Below are positions 8,631 through 18,029 of a stretch of DNA of 64,000 nt, piece by piece. The notes under the pieces were generated by a model. It did no database searches. It was not told the origin of the DNA and saw only the letters and a program-made list of their open reading frames with translations. Both the position numbers and the translations under genes were made by a program. Within the stretch, counting starts at the first letter, position 1. Each line of letters opens with the position of its first letter. Source of the stretch: Candidatus Thorarchaeota archaeon (GTDB lineage: Archaea > Asgardarchaeota > Thorarchaeia > Thorarchaeales > Thorarchaeaceae); contig JBHLRZ010000002.1 of the NCBI GenBank assembly GCA_048882045.1, forward strand, positions 128,001-192,000, given 5' to 3'.

Positions 8631-8816
8631 TAGTTTGAGGGACTCAGTACTAGTCCATCCCTTTTATACTCGTCAATTCTGAAAACCATTTGAAACCCTT
8701 AATGGCGTTGAATCACCATGTTGTAGAGCAATCTCATGCAATTGCTGTCTAGTGTTTTCTCTCAGACATCATCCTGATTCAGTAGTGAAAGAAGCTCACA
8801 CAATGGGTGAAATGTT

Positions 8817-9242
8817 TTGGAGATTTTCACAACTCTCGATGAAGCAAAGGAATCAGGCGGTTTCCTTGCACGTTGCGGCCACTTCCCCACAATATACAAA
8901 CGCTATGACAATGAGTACATTCTTGTCAGCAAGGGGGAGTGGCCTCCGAAGAAAGCATGGCCATTTCTCAAGTGGGATGGTGAAGACTGGCTTCCAGTCT
9001 TAGCAAGGATGGAAACTATAGAGGAAGCCTTTGAGGCCACTGGACTGTTTATACTGCTCGGACACAAACCACTGGTCGTTGAATTCCCAGGAATCACTTT
9101 TGATATCTTCTTGAAGGAGGCTCATGTACCCACTGGTGCTTGGATCATCAGTAAATCAGACCCCAACTTCTCAGTTAAATATCTCAAACCGCCGGACTTT
9201 GCCGCTGATGAAGACGAATCCATCGAGATACCTGTTCACTGA
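8817..9242 (+). CDS. Hypothetical protein with internal duplication
   Basis: TLDEAKESGGFLARCGHFP and TIEEAFEATGLFILLGHKP repeat units. Confidence 0.6.
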   Translation: MEIFTTLDEAKESGGFLARCGHFPTIYKRYDNEYILVSKGEWPPKKAWPFLKWDGEDWLPVLARMETIEEAFEATGLFILLGHKPLVVEFPGITFDIFLKEAHVPTGAWIISKSDPNFSVKYLKPPDFAADEDESIEIPVH

Positions 9243-9772
9243 AGATGTTCGCCCAAAGACCAATATTGCCCATTTAATGGCAAGTATGTGAAAAGGTGTG
9301 CCTTTGAGTTGTCGAATCGACCTCTCTCATCTAATGCATCTTCGTCAATGTGGACTGCTACAATTTCTGCAATGAAAAGATGATGGGCGCCGAGAGGAAG
9401 TATCTGGGTAATCTTGCACTCTATGTTGATTGGACACTCTTTTATCATTGGGGCATCGACCTTCTCTGCCTTTTCAGGAGTAAACCCACACTCAGCGAAC
9501 TTGTCAAAATCCCTGCCGGATTTTGTACCAGCGAATTCAGTTCCTCCCACATGACTGGTTGAGGGAATATTAAGAACAAACTCTTTCGCTTTCTTGACCA
9601 TTTCAAAACTGTGTCTCTCAGGTCTTATTCCTACAACTACTGTCGGTGGTTTACTGCAGACATTTGCCACCCAAGAAAGCGTGATAATGTTTGGTCTGTC
9701 TTCGCCTGCAACACTCAGGAGAACAACTGGACTGGGTGCTACAGCGGCAAATGGATTCATTAATCGTTTCAT
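9236..9772 (-). CDS. Flavin reductase-like (flavoredoxin) protein
   Basis: PNIITLSW, GTKSGRDFDKF, APMIKECPINIEC, HHLFIAEI. Confidence 0.9.
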   Translation of the reverse strand: MKRLMNPFAAVAPSPVVLLSVAGEDRPNIITLSWVANVCSKPPTVVVGIRPERHSFEMVKKAKEFVLNIPSTSHVGGTEFAGTKSGRDFDKFAECGFTPEKAEKVDAPMIKECPINIECKITQILPLGAHHLFIAEIVAVHIDEDALDERGRFDNSKAHLFTYLPLNGQYWSLGEHLQ

Positions 9773-9872
9773 ACGTGAGGACCAGAACAACTGTGTTAAG
9801 AAAATGTCGGCGCCACATTATTTAAGAAGATGCAGAACTCGCACAGCTCAAAGCATCTAGAGGGTTTTTCCA

Positions 9873-10784
9873 ATGGGACGTGTACTAGTAGCTGATCCAA
9901 TCGATGAGTCTGCTGAAGCCGAAATAAGGGCTGCAGGTCACGAGGTAGTTGTGAGAAATAAAGACACGGATGGACCAATCGAGGAACAGATCAAGGGATT
10001 CGACTGTGTCGTTGTCAGGAGTGCCACAAAGATAACTAGAGAGGTCTTTGAAGCTGCAGACAAGCTGAAACTTGTAGTCAGGGCGGGTGTTGGTCTTGAC
10101 AATGTGGACCAAGAAGCGGCCAAGGAGAAAGGAGTAGCTGTCCAGAACACACCAGAAGCCCCAACAGTTTCTGTTGCTGAAATGGTTTTCTCACTGATGT
10201 TTGCATTGGCCAGAAATATCACTCAGGCAGACAGCTCAATGAAAGATGAGCGCTGGGAGAAGAAGAAGCTGACAGGTACTGAACTCTGGAACAAGAAACT
10301 CGGAATTATTGGTTTTGGAAGAATTGGGTGTGAAGTGGCTTCAAGGGCAAAGGCATTTGATATGGACATCCTGTGCTATGATGTATTGGACATTGAACAG
10401 GTCTGTGCAGACATGGGTACACGACGATGTGGCATTGACGAACTGATAAAGGATGCTGACTACATCACTCTTCATGTACCACTTGTTCCACAGACAAAAG
10501 GCATGATTGGAGAGAAAGAATTCAAGAAGATGAAAAAGACAGCGTTTCTGATCAATACTTCACGTGGCGGAGTTGTGGATGAAAAGGCACTTCTGAAAGC
10601 CCTCAATGAGGGTGACATTGCAGGAGCTGCGCTAGACGTGTTCGAGAATGAGCCACCTCTCGACTGGGAGCTCGTGAAGCATCCGAAACTGGTAGCAACA
10701 CCTCACCTTTCATCATCCACAAATGAAGCCCAGGAGCGAGTGGGAGAACTGACTGCATACAAGGTCATTCAGGGTCTAAAATAG
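9873..10784 (+). CDS. serA: D-2-hydroxyacid dehydrogenase / phosphoglycerate dehydrogenase without ACT domain
   Basis: RAGVGLDNVD, GFGRIG, INTSRGGVVDE, LDVFENEP, TPHL. Confidence 0.85.
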   Translation: MGRVLVADPIDESAEAEIRAAGHEVVVRNKDTDGPIEEQIKGFDCVVVRSATKITREVFEAADKLKLVVRAGVGLDNVDQEAAKEKGVAVQNTPEAPTVSVAEMVFSLMFALARNITQADSSMKDERWEKKKLTGTELWNKKLGIIGFGRIGCEVASRAKAFDMDILCYDVLDIEQVCADMGTRRCGIDELIKDADYITLHVPLVPQTKGMIGEKEFKKMKKTAFLINTSRGGVVDEKALLKALNEGDIAGAALDVFENEPPLDWELVKHPKLVATPHLSSSTNEAQERVGELTAYKVIQGLK

Positions 10785-10834
10785 GACTGAGAGCTAGAGC
10801 GTTACACCTTTAAGTGAATATCATGGGTGACGAT

Positions 10835-10930
10835 TAGGTTTCAGACTATGTCTGAACCTATACCATTTCCTTTGTGTTGGCGGATACGTCCGCACGGGAT
10901 GTGGCCCTAGGGGCTGAACCACAAACAAAG
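10835..10930 (+). promoter_or_regulatory. Structured 5' leader of rpl15e (eL15 r-leader-like, K-turn-like motif)
   Basis: TAGGTTTCAGAC/GTCTGAACCTA hairpin; CTTTGT...ACAAAG closes GCGGA-TACG-TCCGC and GGGATGTGGCCCTAGGGGCTGAACC. Confidence 0.65.
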
Positions 10931-10950
10931 CGAATCATTAACTGCAAAGG

Positions 10951-11547
10951 ATGGATTACAAAGTGCCAACAGCATACAAGCACATGCAAGACAGCTGGCT
11001 AGAAGGTCAGAAAGAACGAACTGAGCTAGTAAAAAGTAGGATGATAGTGTGGAGGAAACAAGGAAGCATAGTTAGACTTGACCGCCCCACACGTCTTGGA
11101 AGAGCACGTTCTCTAGGTTACAAGGCAAAACAGGGCTATGTTGTGGTCAGGGTCAAGACGGGTCGTGGACCCCGTGAGAAACCCCGGCCAAGGATGGGTC
11201 GAAAACCAAGAAGCATGGGTGTGACAAAATATACGCCCCAGAAATCTCGAAGATGGATTGCTGAAGAGAGAGTAGGCAGAAAGTTTCCGAACCTACGAGT
11301 GTTGAACTCTTATTGGGTCGGATCTGACCATAAGTGGATCTGGCATGAAGTAATTCTTGTTGATCCCAACCATCCAGTAATCTATAATGACCCAAACATC
11401 AATTGGATCTGTGACTCGGTCCAAAAAGGGCGAGAGAACCGAGGTCTCACATCAGCCGGCAAAAGCAGCAGAGGTCTAAGGAATAAGGGTCGCGGTGCTG
11501 AGAAGGTTCGACCGTCACTCGGTGCCAAGGGCAACGTTGGGAAATAA
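10951..11547 (+). CDS. rpl15e: 50S ribosomal protein L15e
   Basis: [34 protein letters not shown]. Confidence 0.97.
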   Translation: MDYKVPTAYKHMQDSWLEGQKERTELVKSRMIVWRKQGSIVRLDRPTRLGRARSLGYKAKQGYVVVRVKTGRGPREKPRPRMGRKPRSMGVTKYTPQKSRRWIAEERVGRKFPNLRVLNSYWVGSDHKWIWHEVILVDPNHPVIYNDPNINWICDSVQKGRENRGLTSAGKSSRGLRNKGRGAEKVRPSLGAKGNVGK

Positions 11548-11566
11548 ACAAATCGTGGGATTTCTC

Positions 11567-12031
11567 ATGACGTTCGTTGCCAAGATTGAGGCACGAGCAT
11601 ACTCACGAGCGACAGAGCTACCTGACCGAGTAGAGAGTGCAATACTCAATGTGTTTCCCGAGGAGTTCCAAAAAGACGTCCTAGTGAAATCATCAAGAGT
11701 CGAAAGCCATTCAGGATATGCCATCAAAGTCATTGTGGCCAGTCTTAGGAAGGAAAAGGATTGTGAATCTACACTTGACCACATATTCACTGGATTTGAT
11801 GACCGGGACCGTAGACGTTTGAAGAATTCACTCCTCCGGCGGCTTGATGAGAACTGCTCATTCTTTCTCAGGATTGATAAGCAGGCTGCGTTTCTTGGTA
11901 AGCTAGTCCTAGCAGACGGACCTGATGTAATCAGTGTCAGGATCGACATCAAGCATTATCCAAAGTGTAAACAGGAAGATGCAATTGAAATGCTTGAAAC
12001 TCATCTTCGAACAGCTGGAGGAGAGGACTAG
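11567..12031 (+). CDS. DUF54/UPF0201 RNA-binding protein
   Basis: ATE...RV, FFLRIDKQAAFLG; conserved position after rpl15e. Confidence 0.85.
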   Translation: MTFVAKIEARAYSRATELPDRVESAILNVFPEEFQKDVLVKSSRVESHSGYAIKVIVASLRKEKDCESTLDHIFTGFDDRDRRRLKNSLLRRLDENCSFFLRIDKQAAFLGKLVLADGPDVISVRIDIKHYPKCKQEDAIEMLETHLRTAGGED

Positions 12032-12726
12032 TGTCATCAATAGACCTTGGTGTATCAATGTCGGATTCAACTAGTGTTGAATCGTTTGTCAAAATGGCAT
12101 CAAGGATTGGACTCAGTGGTATCGCAACTAGTGAATTGGACAATCCTCTCATTGAATTTAAACCGGGTCTCTCATTATTGAAAAGGATAGATCTGAAGGG
12201 TCGAGGTCTGGCTTCCATCAAGAAACAGGTCTCCAGAGTGAGAGGTCAGTCCATGATTCTTGCTATTCCGTTGACAAGTGTAGAAATTGCAAACTGGGCT
12301 TCCAGTGACAATAGAATAGACCTCTTGACACTCGATCCTACAAGGAACCATCGACTTCGAGAGTCGACTGCTCGTCTAGCTGCATGTTCTGGAACTCATC
12401 TTGAGATTCAGTTTGCTCCGCTTTTTGATTCAATTGGTCTGACGAGGTCAAGAATAATCAAGACGTATAGAGAAGCGGTAGGGACTGCTATTGATTCAGG
12501 AATGCCACTAGTACTGTCAAGTGGAGCCAAGCATCCTCTCCATCTGCGTTCAGCAATGGCAATACGACATATTGGGCTTTTACTTGGAATGGACTCCAAG
12601 TATGCTGAAACTGTTGTATGCAAGACACCATTTGAGATTCTGGCACGAAACCAGAAGAAACTCGGACAGGAATATGTGGCTGAGGGAATTGAGATTGTTG
12701 GTGAGAATGATGAAGAAGACTCGTAG
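12031..12726 (+). CDS. rnp3: RNase P protein component 3 (Rpp30)
   Basis: PLVLSSGA..PLHLRS; synteny. Confidence 0.85.
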   Translation: MSSIDLGVSMSDSTSVESFVKMASRIGLSGIATSELDNPLIEFKPGLSLLKRIDLKGRGLASIKKQVSRVRGQSMILAIPLTSVEIANWASSDNRIDLLTLDPTRNHRLRESTARLAACSGTHLEIQFAPLFDSIGLTRSRIIKTYREAVGTAIDSGMPLVLSSGAKHPLHLRSAMAIRHIGLLLGMDSKYAETVVCKTPFEILARNQKKLGQEYVAEGIEIVGENDEEDS

Positions 12727-13021
12727 ACGATATCTATCATTTCACCTTCATCGAGAAGGACCTATAATCAAAGACGAAAAGCAACTCGTCAATGCCATCT
12801 GGAAAAATCTGATTTCACTTTATGGAGAGGTCAATGCAGCTGACTCCAAACTGTATTTGGCTAGCTTTGATGGCAACACCGGAGCAGGTGTTTTGCAATG
12901 CACCTCTTCTTCTTTAGAAAAGGTCATCATCTCTGCTGTCCTGATAGGTTCTATTGGGAGCTCTATGGTTTCGTTTGAACCCAAGAAGACTTCTGGAACC
13001 CTCAAGGGACTCAGTCGTTAA
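12707..13021 (+). CDS. rnp2: RNase P protein component 2 (Pop5)
   Basis: RRRYLSF...LYGEV...TSGTLKGL. Confidence 0.88.
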   Translation: MMKKTRRRYLSFHLHREGPIIKDEKQLVNAIWKNLISLYGEVNAADSKLYLASFDGNTGAGVLQCTSSSLEKVIISAVLIGSIGSSMVSFEPKKTSGTLKGLSR

Positions 13022-13437
13022 GACAAGACTAGTCGGACCTCTTCAATCTCGTCATTGACTAGTATGTATGCTCTGCTTTCCCAGGTTCCGCTGTCTTTTG
13101 AGGCAATGAGCCAAACAACGGGGTTGAGTCTCATGTTTCGTCTATCTGTTTTTGAGGGATATGGTGGTGCTGGATGTGAATGAAATATACATACTAGCTC
13201 CTCATTTCGTTCCTCTGCCTCTACCAAGAGTCGATATTGTTCCTCAGGATTCACGTTGAAGGAGGTAACAGTCGAAGAGGACTCATTCAGAACCAACTCA
13301 ACATGCTTTGCATGAATAGAGTTTTCTGATACATTTCCAAAGATGAGCGCTGCAGCTTCGTCTGGCAGATTTGTATCTGCATGTTCATGAAGTAGAAGCA
13401 TCTTATCCATTGATAGATGCAGTGAGCGCTGCATCAT
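13018..13437 (-). CDS. JAMM/MPN+ (M67) metalloprotease
   Basis: PDEAAALIFG...FHSHPAPPYPSKTD (HxH-x7-S-x2-D). Confidence 0.88.
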   Translation of the reverse strand: MMQRSLHLSMDKMLLLHEHADTNLPDEAAALIFGNVSENSIHAKHVELVLNESSSTVTSFNVNPEEQYRLLVEAEERNEELVCIFHSHPAPPYPSKTDRRNMRLNPVVWLIASKDSGTWESRAYILVNDEIEEVRLVLS

Positions 13438-13447
13438 TCTCTCTCCC

Positions 13448-13573
13448 TCAATCAAATGCTGACTTGATCTCTTCTAACACGATGCATGTTTCAGCATCCC
13501 CGACACCAGTTAGACCACCAAGTCGATTTTTAAGAAATTCCTTCAATTCTGAGAGGTTGTCAACTGTTATCGT
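13448..13573 (-). pseudogene. C-terminal fragment of an Lrp/AsnC (RAM) domain
   Basis: Frame reads TITVDNLSELKEFLKNRLGGLTGVGDAETCIVLEEIKSAFD*, preceded by an in-frame TGA and lacking an ATG. Confidence 0.55.
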
Positions 13574-13635
13574 TCATATATCTTAGCTGTTATGAACGAA
13601 TCCGTAAACAAAAAGACAGCCATGAATTCTTAATT

Positions 13636-14454
13636 CTAGAGAACTCTGAGTTCTTCTGAGATGATTTTGTCTTCACTTGGTGTCATGATTGCATAGAGCT
13701 CTATATGGTCAATCAATGATTTGGCGTTTCGAATCTTCTCTTCAAGCAATTCCTGTATCTGAAAGATGCCTGAAGCATTGTTCATGGTCACTTCGATTCT
13801 CACAGTCTTTGTTTCGCCCTTCTTGATCTCTACCCGTTCAATAGCCATAGCACTTGCACTGTGTATGTTGACGCTTCCAGCTTCAAAGGGGATTCTTGCT
13901 CTACCCTTTGTCATGTCAAGTGCATCAGCGATTCCCACTACTCCAGCTTCGACGGTCAACGGGACTGCAATTTTGTCATGACAGTATATAGCATGCATCA
14001 CATGTCCTCTGATGTGGACCTGTTTGTGTCTGTCTTTAGGATAGACCTTTGCAAGGATTCTATCCAGGATTGGCATGGCTATTACAACTGAAAACTCGTC
14101 GTGATTGACACGACCAACAGCCATACCAATGTCATGAAGGTAGCATCCCAGTAGTACTACAAGCTCGGAATCTTTTATGGTACCAGTTTCCTCTTTCACA
14201 ATCGTAGTCTGTATACCCTTAGCAAGCTCTCTGAGGAGTCGAATTCCATTCAGTGCTACAATTAACGAATGGGTGTGACCATGATCTGAATACCCCATCC
14301 TGTCTATTGCCATACGATTGCTATCTTCCAGTACAGTCTGAACTTCTACATCATTTTCTAGTCCATCAAAAGCAATCTGGCAGAGTTCGTTATCCTTGAA
14401 TGCTCTCCTCACTCTGTCCTTCAATGTGTGTCTTTGTTTTGGGCTTCTTGCCAT
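13636..14454 (-). CDS. HD-superfamily phosphohydrolase (COG3294-like)
   Basis: SDHGHTHS, YLHDIGM, ADALDMTKGRARIP, IHSASA. Confidence 0.88.
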   Translation of the reverse strand: MARSPKQRHTLKDRVRRAFKDNELCQIAFDGLENDVEVQTVLEDSNRMAIDRMGYSDHGHTHSLIVALNGIRLLRELAKGIQTTIVKEETGTIKDSELVVLLGCYLHDIGMAVGRVNHDEFSVVIAMPILDRILAKVYPKDRHKQVHIRGHVMHAIYCHDKIAVPLTVEAGVVGIADALDMTKGRARIPFEAGSVNIHSASAMAIERVEIKKGETKTVRIEVTMNNASGIFQIQELLEEKIRNAKSLIDHIELYAIMTPSEDKIISEELRVL

Positions 14455-14648
14455 TTTCTCTTGCCCCTTCTTTCTTCTTTCTTTTTCGACTCTGACTATT
14501 GCTGATTCAGTAATAAATGAGATACCAGTTGGAACTTGTTTATGTAGGTCCCCTCGACCTATTCACACTGTCAGGTCTATTCAGATTCTTCTTTCTTGTT
14601 AATCTGGTCAGTGCTTATTCTCATATGAACTAATTGTAACCGGCAGGA

Positions 14649-15494
14649 CTATGCCTTGAGATTGACAAGCTCCTTGACAACAGACTCAATCTCTTTCACT
14701 GTAGCCATCCGTTTTATAACCGGTGTGCCATTGATGATGATTCCCCGATTTAAGCCGTACAATTCCAGGGTCTTTCTGCTATCAGTATTTACAGCTCTTA
14801 CGTTTGCATCATACTTCCTTAGGGCTCTTTTGGCTTTGTCAACCATCCAACCAGACCATGGACATTGATTGTTGAAGAGAATCTCTACCGTTGGTATACT
14901 ATCATCTGACAATTTTCTGATTCTTGGGTGTATGAGAACTGGTATATCGCCTCCACCTAGATCCAGATGCAGCAGGACCCGACTACCATCTCTATCAACT
15001 TCTTTGAAGTCGAATTTCTCAAAGAACGATGCTGGCATGTAGGGAAAAAAGCCAAACCATTTGTCACCCTCATATGCCAGTACACTGATTCCACCTGCTT
15101 TCTTGCCGTCTTCTATTGCATACTTGAGTAAAGCTTTTGCGACTCCTTTATCCCATGCAGGTGGTACTACCCACATGCAGTTTACGAACAGAGTAGTTTT
15201 CCCCAAAACAGGTTCTGATGCATATTGAATCGGGACATATTCTATCAGTCCTCTTCTCCCTCTCCGTGGACCTAGAGCTATCGCCACTGTCAGACCCTTT
15301 GGTATCATAGATGCAAGCCATTTCTTACGAGCATCCATCGAAGACGTCATTGCCTTCTTCCAAGTCTTCGGAACACTTGGATCCAAGCAGACTCCAGTTA
15401 CCATATCAAGATCATTAGATGACACTTCATGGATGCCTATAGATATCCCCTTTGTAGGGCTCAAGTCTACCACCAACTGGAATACACTATCCAA
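14649..15494 (-). CDS. GNAT acetyltransferase with YoaP/thioredoxin-like C-terminus
   Basis: GLIEYVP, VNCMWV..WDKGVAKALL, QCPW. Confidence 0.8.
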   Translation of the reverse strand: MDSVFQLVVDLSPTKGISIGIHEVSSNDLDMVTGVCLDPSVPKTWKKAMTSSMDARKKWLASMIPKGLTVAIALGPRRGRRGLIEYVPIQYASEPVLGKTTLFVNCMWVVPPAWDKGVAKALLKYAIEDGKKAGGISVLAYEGDKWFGFFPYMPASFFEKFDFKEVDRDGSRVLLHLDLGGGDIPVLIHPRIRKLSDDSIPTVEILFNNQCPWSGWMVDKAKRALRKYDANVRAVNTDSRKTLELYGLNRGIIINGTPVIKRMATVKEIESVVKELVNLKA

Positions 15495-15618
15495 AGCTTC
15501 TCAATAAGAGCTTTCTCGGTCAGTCAGAGTTTACGAGGATGAAATTTCCAACCAAATCATTGGTCATCAAGGTTAATGATTGCCTCTCTCAACAACTCTA
15601 TATGTTCACAATAGTTAA

Positions 15619-16239
15619 GTGTCTCGAGTGAAGATGAAGATTCTAGTGTTATACTACAGCTCATATGGACACATCTTCAATTTGGCACAGGAAATTGTAA
15701 TTGGCGCACTCAGCGCAGGTGCCAAAGTTGATCTGAAGAGGGTACCTGAACTTACACCCAAGGAAATCATTGACAACAATCCAGGATTGAAGCATGGGGC
15801 AGAGATTCAAAATGAAGTTCCAATTGCAGAAATCTCAGAACTCCCCAATTATGATGCAATCATCTTTGGAAGTCCAACCAGATATGGAAACATGACCGCC
15901 CAGATGAAAAACTTCATCGATCAGACAGGACCATTATGGATGGAGGGGAAGCTGGCTAACAAAATTGCTGGCGTCTTCACAGGAAGTGCAACAATGCACG
16001 GTGGGCAGGAAACAACAAACCTCACTATAATGATCACTCTAATGCATCATGGAATGATTATAGTTCCTCTTGGATACACAATACCAGAAGTTTCAACCAC
16101 GGTAGCAGGTGGTACTCCTTATGGACCATCTGTGCTTGCTGGACCAGATGGCTCTCGACAGGCTGATGATGTTGAAAGAAAGATAGCTCGTGAATATGGA
16201 AAACGCATAGCAGAAGTCACAAGGAAATTCGTGGAGTAG
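15619..16239 (+). CDS. wrbA: NAD(P)H:quinone oxidoreductase WrbA
   Basis: YYSSYGH, GSPTRYGNM, HGGQETT, GGTPYG. Confidence 0.93.
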   Translation: MSRVKMKILVLYYSSYGHIFNLAQEIVIGALSAGAKVDLKRVPELTPKEIIDNNPGLKHGAEIQNEVPIAEISELPNYDAIIFGSPTRYGNMTAQMKNFIDQTGPLWMEGKLANKIAGVFTGSATMHGGQETTNLTIMITLMHHGMIIVPLGYTIPEVSTTVAGGTPYGPSVLAGPDGSRQADDVERKIAREYGKRIAEVTRKFVE

Positions 16240-16401
16240 TACTATTCCGACCTCGTATGAGAAAATCTGACCTGTTTCAAATATGTTTAGACTTTTTATA
16301 TCCTGACTTGTCCTGTCCAAGCAAAATCTGTAAAAATCCTGTATGAAAAGTTTGGATTCAAAGTAAGCGCGAACCATGCATGCTTGGACATTTATCGAGT
16401 T

Positions 16402-16812
16402 CTACAGTCTGATTGGATTCGGTCCAATTTTTCGAATCTCGTCTGCGAACTTGTTAATCTCAGCAGCAAACTTGTCACCCTCAGCTGCAGACACGAAGAC
16501 CATCTTGACCCGGTCCTCATTAAGCCCCAACTGCCCGATCAGCTTCTTTGCAAACCTGACTCGCCTTTCTGCTCCAAGATTGCCTGTCTTAAAAGCACAA
16601 TCTCCAGGATGACATCCCACAACCAACACTCCGTCAGCCCCTTCCTGCAACGCTTTCAGAAGAAAGTTGATATCCAGTCTCGCTGTACATGGCATCCTGA
16701 TTATCCTGCTCGTGATGTCGTACTGCAGCTTCATTGTTCCCGCTAGGTCAGAGGCTGCATACATACATTGCATACAGCCAAACACGATGATATTCATATC
16801 CTTAGGAGGCAT
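16402..16812 (-). CDS. mvhD: Hydrogenase/Hdr [2Fe-2S] subunit MvhD
   Basis: GCMQCMYAASD, RMPCTAR, GADGVLVVGCHPGDC, GPNP. Confidence 0.93.
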   Translation of the reverse strand: MPPKDMNIIVFGCMQCMYAASDLAGTMKLQYDITSRIIRMPCTARLDINFLLKALQEGADGVLVVGCHPGDCAFKTGNLGAERRVRFAKKLIGQLGLNEDRVKMVFVSAAEGDKFAAEINKFADEIRKIGPNPIRL

Positions 16813-17009
16813 CTTTGATTCATTCACCCTGAGAGACGTGTATAAGCGAATTCGATGAGCCATATATTTCTTCAGTTACAATATCCTTTCAGTAAGATTA
16901 TCTTCTTAATCCACTCCAACTTTCAAAACACACACGAAAATCCATGAAATGGATACTAAATGTGCAACCACCCCAGGATTTATTAGCCTATGAATATTAA
17001 CTATAGTTT

Positions 17010-17231
17010 AGCCACTCAAGAAGTGAGTGATGACAAAGTCTGGGCCTTAAGTGCTGAGCAAGATCATGAACTCAACCAAGAATTATCTTGCGACAAACAC
17101 GGTACAGGGGCAGGTTGACAAACGGATGGACTGAGTGTCAAACTACCGGTTCGATGGTATAAGACGCGCTCAAGACAGTTCCTTCGAGTGAGAGAAATCG
17201 TACCATTGTCAAAACATATTCTTGGGTGGCT
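17010..17231 (+). ncRNA. Unassigned ~220-nt structured RNA candidate
   Basis: 13-bp terminal helix AGCCACTCAAGAA/TTCTTGGGTGGCT, three internal hairpins with G-U pairs favouring the + strand, TTTATTA box at 16979-16985. Confidence 0.65.
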
Positions 17232-17331
17232 TTCCTGCGTTTTGGATATCTATGCTTCTTGATTGAAACTACCACATCAGTACTCTGGTATTCTCCTGAG
17301 ATGACCTAAGTTGATGCATAGAGTTTCTGAT

Positions 17332-17985
17332 TTATGTTCCATCAAGGTGATTTGAGAATATTGTGCGAATCGTTTCAACAAGATTGTCTAGAGCTGAAAC
17401 TGGTTGTAGAACAGTGCCATCCAATAGATTCCTGTCAAGAGTACCTGTACCAATATTGGAAATTATGTAACCATCTCCTATCTGGAAAGTTGTGACATAT
17501 ATCCATGAACCATCAGTATAGGTGATTTCGATACCAAATCCGATGTGTGGACTGGACTCCAATATTATGGATGGTGCTATATCTGATGAGTAAGTAACAT
17601 TCAGTCCTTCATGAAGACTCAGACTGATATTCTCGATTTCCTCTGGGGCTACTGAGAATTCTCTCTCATAGATCTCTGGATTCTCCCAGCCTTCAGAATC
17701 ATCAACAAAACTGGCTGAAATCCTCCAGTCGCTTCCACTCACGACAAGAAAGGCTTCCATGAGTTCAGGATATAGAATGTCTGTGCTGTTCCCACATATC
17801 ATGAGTGATTCAATAATACTTGAATTTGGGGTACCTGGCCAGTTGGGGAAAGAAGAGATATAGATGAAAACAGTAGAGGATACTGCTACCACTAGGATAG
17901 TGGCCAGAGCGATTACTTTGGTACTCTCTTGGGACGTTTCAGACCCCTCCAACTGCAATATAACATTGTGTAAGAGTTGGTTCAT
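17332..17985 (-). CDS. Membrane-anchored/secreted hypothetical protein
   Basis: N-terminal TM helix followed by an acidic soluble domain. Confidence 0.65.
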   Translation of the reverse strand: MNQLLHNVILQLEGSETSQESTKVIALATILVVAVSSTVFIYISSFPNWPGTPNSSIIESLMICGNSTDILYPELMEAFLVVSGSDWRISASFVDDSEGWENPEIYEREFSVAPEEIENISLSLHEGLNVTYSSDIAPSIILESSPHIGFGIEITYTDGSWIYVTTFQIGDGYIISNIGTGTLDRNLLDGTVLQPVSALDNLVETIRTIFSNHLDGT

Positions 17986-18029
17986 GAATCTTCTTGTGTA
18001 CGAACAAGGTCATTGGATTAATCACTTAT

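Noticed and set aside
13018-13437. Eukaryote-like Rpn11 ubiquitin system
   Set aside because: Short prokaryotic-type JAMM with no adjacent ubiquitin/E1/E2/RING genes; the GG-ending protein at 57460 is MoaD/SAMP-like
17066-17134. 22-codon ORF inside the structured RNA
   Set aside because: Too short, no RBS or recognisable motif; base pairing explains the region better
17027-17231. RNase P/MRP RNA (GACAAAGTCTGGGC resembles CR-I), SRP RNA or H/ACA RNA
   Set aside because: No complementary P4 strand or CR-V near the 3' end, no SRP helix-8 motif, and the pocket-to-ACA spacing does not fit H/ACA
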